Positions 58,516 to 64,000 of a stretch of 64,000 nt of DNA are shown here, piece after piece. Source of the stretch: an uncultured Bacteroidia bacterium (GTDB taxonomy: Bacteria; Bacteroidota; Bacteroidia; Bacteroidales; CAJPTX01); the NCBI GenBank assembly GCA_963540065.1, contig CAUTNK010000008.1, positions 20,447 to 84,446 of the forward strand, read 5' to 3'. A model generated the notes under the pieces. The model was not told the DNA's origin. It was given only the letters and a program-made list of their open reading frames with translations, and did not search any database. The translations under genes were made by a program, and so were the position numbers. Every line of letters starts with the position of its first letter. Position 1 is the first letter of the stretch.

Positions 58516-61500
58516 ATGGCAAAAGAGAAACAGTATGTAACGTGTGACGGGAACTACGCAGCGGCATTCGTGTCGTATATGTTTAGCGAGGTTGCCGCGA
58601 TATATCCTATCACCCCGTCGTCGACCATGGCAGAATTGGTAGACGAGTGGGCAGCTAACGGGAAAAAGAATCTGTTCGGGGAGTCAGTTCGCGTCCTCGA
58701 AATGCAAAGCGAAGCAGGCGCTGCTGGTGCCGTACACGGATCGCTACAATCGGGAGCTTTAACGACAACCTACACGGCATCGCAAGGACTGTTGCTTATG
58801 ATCCCGAATATGTACAAGCTGGCCGGTGAGTTGCTGCCGGGCGTATTCCATGTATCGGCACGTACGATAGCTGCGCATGCGCTTTCCATTTTTGGAGACC
58901 ATAGTGATGTAATGTCCACTCGTGCTACCGGCTTTGCTATGCTCGCCACGGGTAGCGTACAGGAGGTAATGGATCTTGCAGCCGTTGCGCATCTGTCGGC
59001 ACTACGTGGTCGCGTGCCATTTCTACACTTCTTTGATGGTTTCCGCACCTCGCACGAAATCCAAAAGATAGAAGCTCTTGATACGGAAGCCATGCGAGCA
59101 TTGATAGACGAGAAAGCACTTGCCGAATTCCGCGCTCGCGCTCTTTCCAACGAGCATCCAGTAACGCGTGGTACGGCTCAGAACCCCGACGTATATTTCC
59201 AGAATCGCGAGGCTAGCAATCCGTACTACCTACAGGTGCCCGGCATTGTAGAGCATTACATGACCGAACTTGCCAAAGTAACCGGACGCAAATACAACCT
59301 GTTCGATTACTACGGCGCTGCCGATGCTACAGATGTAGTGGTTGTAATGGGTAGTGTAGCCGAAACCGCTCGCGAGGTAGTGGATCACTTAACCGCACAG
59401 GGGCGCAAAGTAGGTTTGTTGATTGTACGCCTATTCCGTCCGTTCTCTGTTTCGCACTTCGTCGCAGCTATGCCTAAGAGCGTGAAACGGATTGCAGTAC
59501 TGGATCGTACCAAAGAATCCGGCGCACTTGGCGAACCACTTTACCTAGATGTACGCAACGTTTACTACGGTCAAGCTAGTGCACCCGAAATTTATGGAGG
59601 TCGCTACGGCCTCTCTTCCAAGGATACCACACCTGCCCAGATTATTGCAGTATACGACAACCTTGCACTCAAAGAGCCTAAAAACGGCTTTACGATCGGG
59701 ATTGTGGACGATGTTACCTACCACTCCCTTCCCGTTGGCGAAGAGGTAAACCTCGCAGAACCCGGAACCTTCCAAGGGAAATTCTACGGGCTCGGATCCG
59801 ATGGTACCGTAGGTGCTAACAAGAACTCGATTAAGATTATCGGCGAAACCACCAACAAGTATTGCCAAGCATATTTTGCCTACGACTCCAAGAAATCGGG
59901 CGGTATTACAACCTCGCATCTCCGTTTTGGCGACAAACCCATCCGCTCGCCCTATCTAGTAACAACCCCCGACTTTGTAGCATGCCACGTTCCGGCTTAC
60001 CTCCAGAAGTACGACATGCTGCGCGGAATTCGCGAAGGTGGCGCTTTCCTCCTCAACTGTTCGTGGAGTGAAACAGAAATAGAGAAACACCTCCCCAATA
60101 GTGTAAAACGCGTACTTGCCCAAAAGAAGGTGCACCTCTATACGATAGATGCTACGACGATAGCTCGCGAAATCGGGCTCGGAAACCGCACCAATACTAT
60201 TATGCAGGCGGCTTTCTTTAAGATTGCGAACGTGATACCCTACGACGTGGCAGTCAAAGAGATGAAGCACTTTATAGAGAAGACTTTCGGGAAAAAGGGG
60301 GCGGAAGTCGTAAATAAGAACTGTGCAGCCGTAGACCGTGGTGGCGAAGTAAAAGAAATAACCGTACCTGCAGCTTGGGCATCGCTAGAACCCGAAAAGA
60401 AAGCACACTTGGATAAAGCACCCGATTTCGTGAACCAAGTTATGGTGCCCATGAACAATCAGGTGGGCGACGACTTGCCAGTAAGTGCCTTTGTAGGTCG
60501 CGAAGATGGAACACTTCCCAGTGGCACCACACGTTGGGAAAAACGTGGTATTGCTAGCATGGTACCCGAGTGGGAATCGGATTACTGTATCCAGTGCAAC
60601 CAGTGTGCTTATGTGTGTCCGCATGCTGCCATCCGCCCGTTCCTACTCAACGAAAATGATATGAAAGGACTCCCCGCCGGCACTGCTGTGCTGGACGGTA
60701 AAGGCGGTCCGCTGAAGGACTACAAGTTCCGGATCCAAGTAAGTATTCTCGACTGTACTGGCTGTGGGAACTGCGTAGCTGTCTGCCCTGCTCCTAAGTC
60801 TAAAGCACTGGTTATGAAGCTTACAGACACTCAGGAGCGCGAGATTAAGAATTGGGAATACCTCGACGAACAAGTAGGCTACAAGAACGTGGTAGACAAA
60901 TACGCTAACGTAAAGAATAGCCAATTTGCACGCCCGTTGTTTGAATTTTCCGGAGCTTGTGCCGGCTGTGGCGAGACTCCTTATATCAAGACTATTACCC
61001 AACTCTTTGGTGACCGGATGATTGTAGCAAATGCAACAGGCTGCTCGTCTATTTATGGTGGTTCGTCGCCCTCCTCGCCATACTGTGCTAACGAACAAGG
61101 TCGAGGTGTAGCTTGGGCAAACTCGCTCTTTGAAGATAATGCCGAATTCGGTTTAGGCATCGCCACTGGTATCGAACACCTGCGCAAACGCATTACAGAA
61201 CAGGCACAAGCGCTGTTAAAGGGCAATACGGTTAATGCAGATACGAAAGCTGCTATTACGGAATGGTTAGAGAAATCGCTCAATGCTCCGGAAAGCGTTG
61301 CAGTAGCCGATGCACTTGCACAAGCACTCAGTAAAGAATCGGCAGCAGAAGCAAAACAACTTTTAGGCTTGCAGCAGTATTTCTCCAAGAAATCGTTCTG
61401 GGTATTTGGTGGCGACGGTTGGGCATACGACATCGGTTACGGCGGATTGGATCACGTACTCGCCTCCGGAACAGATATCAACGTCTTGGTACTCGACACC

Positions 61501-62058
61501 GAGGTGTATTCCAACACTGGGGGACAGGCGTCGAAGTCTACACCCGTGGCTGCAGTCGCAAAATTTGCAGCAGCAGGGAAACGCGTTCGCAAGAAAGATC
61601 TGGGTATGATGGCTATGACCTACGGTTACGTGTATGTAGCACAAGTGGCTATGGGCGCTGACCAGAACCAGTTTTTCAAGGCGATTAAAGAAGCAGAAGC
61701 GTATCCCGGACCATCGCTTATTATCGCCTATGCGCCTTGTATCAACCACGGCTTAAAGATCGGACTGACCGATACGCAACAAGAAGAGAAAAAAGCCGTA
61801 GCTTGTGGTTATTGGCATCTCTTCCGCTACAACCCGCTGTTGGAAGAACAAGGTAAGAACCCATTCTCGCTAGATTCGAAGACGCCAGACTGGACAAAAT
61901 TCCAAGAATTCCTTCAAGGCGAAGTCCGTTTCAGTTCTTTGGCACAAACATTCCCCGGCGAATCGGCTGAACTCTTTAGAGCAGCGCAAGAGAATGCTCT
62001 GTGGCGTTACAGGTCCTACCTACGCGCTGCCAAGCAAGACTATAGTCTGAACGAATAG
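58516..62058 (+). CDS. nifJ: pyruvate:ferredoxin (flavodoxin) oxidoreductase
   Basis: 1180 aa with two 4Fe-4S motifs (CIQCNQCAYVCPHA and CTGCGNCVAVCP) and a TPP-binding GGDGWAYDIGYGGLDH motif. Confidence 0.96.
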   Translation: MAKEKQYVTCDGNYAAAFVSYMFSEVAAIYPITPSSTMAELVDEWAANGKKNLFGESVRVLEMQSEAGAAGAVHGSLQSGALTTTYTASQGLLLMIPNMYKLAGELLPGVFHVSARTIAAHALSIFGDHSDVMSTRATGFAMLATGSVQEVMDLAAVAHLSALRGRVPFLHFFDGFRTSHEIQKIEALDTEAMRALIDEKALAEFRARALSNEHPVTRGTAQNPDVYFQNREASNPYYLQVPGIVEHYMTELAKVTGRKYNLFDYYGAADATDVVVVMGSVAETAREVVDHLTAQGRKVGLLIVRLFRPFSVSHFVAAMPKSVKRIAVLDRTKESGALGEPLYLDVRNVYYGQASAPEIYGGRYGLSSKDTTPAQIIAVYDNLALKEPKNGFTIGIVDDVTYHSLPVGEEVNLAEPGTFQGKFYGLGSDGTVGANKNSIKIIGETTNKYCQAYFAYDSKKSGGITTSHLRFGDKPIRSPYLVTTPDFVACHVPAYLQKYDMLRGIREGGAFLLNCSWSETEIEKHLPNSVKRVLAQKKVHLYTIDATTIAREIGLGNRTNTIMQAAFFKIANVIPYDVAVKEMKHFIEKTFGKKGAEVVNKNCAAVDRGGEVKEITVPAAWASLEPEKKAHLDKAPDFVNQVMVPMNNQVGDDLPVSAFVGREDGTLPSGTTRWEKRGIASMVPEWESDYCIQCNQCAYVCPHAAIRPFLLNENDMKGLPAGTAVLDGKGGPLKDYKFRIQVSILDCTGCGNCVAVCPAPKSKALVMKLTDTQEREIKNWEYLDEQVGYKNVVDKYANVKNSQFARPLFEFSGACAGCGETPYIKTITQLFGDRMIVANATGCSSIYGGSSPSSPYCANEQGRGVAWANSLFEDNAEFGLGIATGIEHLRKRITEQAQALLKGNTVNADTKAAITEWLEKSLNAPESVAVADALAQALSKESAAEAKQLLGLQQYFSKKSFWVFGGDGWAYDIGYGGLDHVLASGTDINVLVLDTEVYSNTGGQASKSTPVAAVAKFAAAGKRVRKKDLGMMAMTYGYVYVAQVAMGADQNQFFKAIKEAEAYPGPSLIIAYAPCINHGLKIGLTDTQQEEKKAVACGYWHLFRYNPLLEEQGKNPFSLDSKTPDWTKFQEFLQGEVRFSSLAQTFPGESAELFRAAQENALWRYRSYLRAAKQDYSLNE

Positions 62059-62085
62059 AGAAACATTCGAATAGAGAGTAGCTAC

Positions 62086-62123
62086 GCAGCGAGGTCGTCT
62101 TGTACGGCTTCGCTGCTTTTTTT
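62086..62123 (+). terminator. intrinsic terminator after nifJ
   Basis: A 9-bp stem pairs GCAGCGAGG with CTTCGCTGC and is followed by T7. Confidence 0.65.
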
Positions 62124-62252
62124 ACATTTGTAAGCGGTATTTGCAGCAGAACAACGACACATAGGCGATGCCAAGCTCTATACTTATCCAGCTTAGTATT
62201 TTACCTAGATAGTGTGCTATATTAGAACAGAACGGTTTTCAAACGAGATACG

Positions 62253-63242
62253 ATGTTAAGAGGGATTTGTAGCATTTTTGGGCTGTTTAGCATACTCATC
62301 TTTTTCATAGGCTGTAGATCGTCGCCCAAAAACGATGGGACCCAAGCCGCAAAAGAAGTTTCTGCTGCCCAACGCTTCGAACTCGAAAATCTTAAAGAAG
62401 GATATCGAAATTTCCTTCGCGACTTCGATACCCAAGACTACGCAACACGTGCCGAAGCATGGGAAGCACTCGAGAATATAGAAGAGTGTGCTAGCCAAAA
62501 AGCTAAAAAACGACTGAAAGCCGCCAAACAAACATGCGAACGATTACGCAAAAAACATCTTAGAAACAACAAAAGTGCTTCGGAGTTTGAGTATGCCTAT
62601 AAGAGCTATCTGGCGACCCACAACACGAATTTTGACGACGACAACGACTATATCCTCCTGCAACAACAAGTAGAAGAACGAATCTACGACATCGTACCTA
62701 CCAACCCCAGTAACCGGCAAATAGAACGCGATCTGATAGGACATACGCTAAGGGATCGCCCCGATGGCTATCTAGCAGCTGGTTTTAGCAATTGGCAGCT
62801 AACCATTACCGAAAACGCCGTTACGAACCTAGAAATCCTAAAGAAAGAGAAACGAATCGGGAATCGATCGCAAGACGAATATTTCTTCGAACTTGCTTTC
62901 GTCTTGGTATCTGAAGGTGGCGGACAATATAAGGTAAATGCTACCATTACCTACGTGCTGGGGCGTAACGATTGGGAAATTGAGTTTTTGGAAACGAAAT
63001 CGATCCAAGTAATAAAGACGCACAAGTATGAGAATTGCGTCTCCTACTCGCTTACGGAATCGCTATTCGGAAAATATCTCGAATTCAGAAACCATTGCGA
63101 TATGTCGCTCCTCGTCGGTGGCGTTTACCTAGATTATCGTGGTGAGTGGCGGAAATTTGCCTTTATTATCGAAGCCAATGCAACACATAGCAGGCATTTT
63201 GCTGAGCAAGAGTACAAAATTAATTTCGTAGAACGCCCGTAG
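62253..63242 (+). CDS. hypothetical lipoprotein
   Basis: 329 aa with a signal peptide and lipobox (ILIFFIGC). The N-terminal half is charged and helical and the C-terminal half is beta-rich. I recognised no family. Confidence 0.6.
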   Translation: MLRGICSIFGLFSILIFFIGCRSSPKNDGTQAAKEVSAAQRFELENLKEGYRNFLRDFDTQDYATRAEAWEALENIEECASQKAKKRLKAAKQTCERLRKKHLRNNKSASEFEYAYKSYLATHNTNFDDDNDYILLQQQVEERIYDIVPTNPSNRQIERDLIGHTLRDRPDGYLAAGFSNWQLTITENAVTNLEILKKEKRIGNRSQDEYFFELAFVLVSEGGGQYKVNATITYVLGRNDWEIEFLETKSIQVIKTHKYENCVSYSLTESLFGKYLEFRNHCDMSLLVGGVYLDYRGEWRKFAFIIEANATHSRHFAEQEYKINFVERP

Positions 63243-63428
63243 TGGCTAAATACAATAGTATTGCTATTCTTGCTTAGAGCGTGCTAGATGCCATGGGGCA
63301 TAAGGACTTTTTGCTTCTTCTTTAGACCAGATATGTATTGCGAAAATATTTGGTAGAGTCGCTGAAAAAAAAAACTTGCAGGCAGTTAAATTAACTGTCT
63401 GAGTAAGGAGCAGACGTAAAAAGAAGCG

Positions 63429-63809
63429 ATGAAGAAAGTTTTACTTATTGGGTTGTTGGCGCTGGTCGCTATATTCTCTGCAAAAGCAGAAGGTGATGAT
63501 CGTTGTGGCACTTCGATAAGTGGCGGTATTGATGCTGAAATAGTAAAGGTAGATGGCATAGCTGTAACTGTAAAATTTACAAACAACCTAGGCACCGCAA
63601 TGGATTTGAAGGGTTATATTATGTTTGAGCGTGGTAACGATTCAAAAACCTATCTCCACTTTGGTGGAGACTATGGAACCGTAAGTCTTTCTTCTTATGA
63701 AAAAAAGCGTAAAACATTCTATTTCTCTGACGCGTGCAAATATGAGACTAGATGGGGAAAGCTTCAATATTACACGGTTATACTAACAGAAAGAAAACCT
63801 TGTCGCTAA
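63429..63809 (+). CDS. small secreted hypothetical protein
   Basis: 126 aa with a signal peptide (MKKVLLIGLLALVAIFSAKA) and three Cys in the mature part. It is followed by a strong terminator. Confidence 0.55.
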   Translation: MKKVLLIGLLALVAIFSAKAEGDDRCGTSISGGIDAEIVKVDGIAVTVKFTNNLGTAMDLKGYIMFERGNDSKTYLHFGGDYGTVSLSSYEKKRKTFYFSDACKYETRWGKLQYYTVILTERKPCR

Positions 63810-63832
63810 CTCCTCGCATAAAAGCCTTATTC

Positions 63833-63869
63833 CGGCTGTATCCTCTCAGGGGTGCAGCCGTTTTTTTTT
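63833..63869 (+). terminator. intrinsic terminator
   Basis: The stem pairs CGGCTG with CAGCCG and is followed by T9 (63861-63869). Confidence 0.6.
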
Positions 63870-64000
63870 ATGCCACAACAAGCAGAGAGCTCACGGATCT
63901 TTTAGCATCCCCCGTTGCTACAATCCGGGACTATTGCATATAAGCCCCGTTCAAAACTCAAAACGAATAGGAAGTCGCACTACGAAGGTATTTAGACTCT

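Overview
This is a Bacteroidota chromosomal window, probably Bacteroidales. The assignment rests on an EF-Tu very close to Bacteroides, TAnnTTTG/TTTG promoters, type IX secretion (T9SS) genes and T9SS C-terminal sorting domains (CTDs). Most of the window is core and on the minus strand. It holds the end of the str/S10 operons (rplC'-rpsJ-fusA-rpsG-rpsL). It also holds tRNA-Thr/Tyr/Gly/Thr-tuf-tRNA-Trp-secE-nusG-rplKAJL-rpoBC and rpsU-xerC-like-hpf. Further core genes are fur-purA, eno, a complete T9SS core (porP-gldKLMN), topA, groES/groL and nifJ. I count 6 tRNAs, no rRNA, no CRISPR, no transposase and no prophage. The accessory part lies at about 3.5-17 kb, between rpsL and rpoC. It contains a frameshifted outer-membrane barrel gene, an orphan Cache-HAMP methyl-accepting chemotaxis protein (unusual for Bacteroidales), an intact paralogous barrel protein, ugd, tRNA-Cys and two T9SS cargo genes. 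I do not see a convincing multi-gene novel system such as a defence island. The best candidate for something undescribed is a three-copy intergenic element at 3688-4070, 6480-6774 and 12891-12958. Its core folds into a plus-strand-specific multi-helix RNA, and the long closing helix is kept by different sequences in the two full copies. The two large copies are direct repeats bracketing the broken barrel gene. Secondary leads are a PorE-like TPR/PD40 protein that ends in two SPOR domains next to the gld cluster, a T9SS cargo protein built from three homogenised ~200-aa tandem repeats, and a frameshifted mini-lipoprotein. All function calls are from reading the translations and sequence by eye. 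No searches were run.
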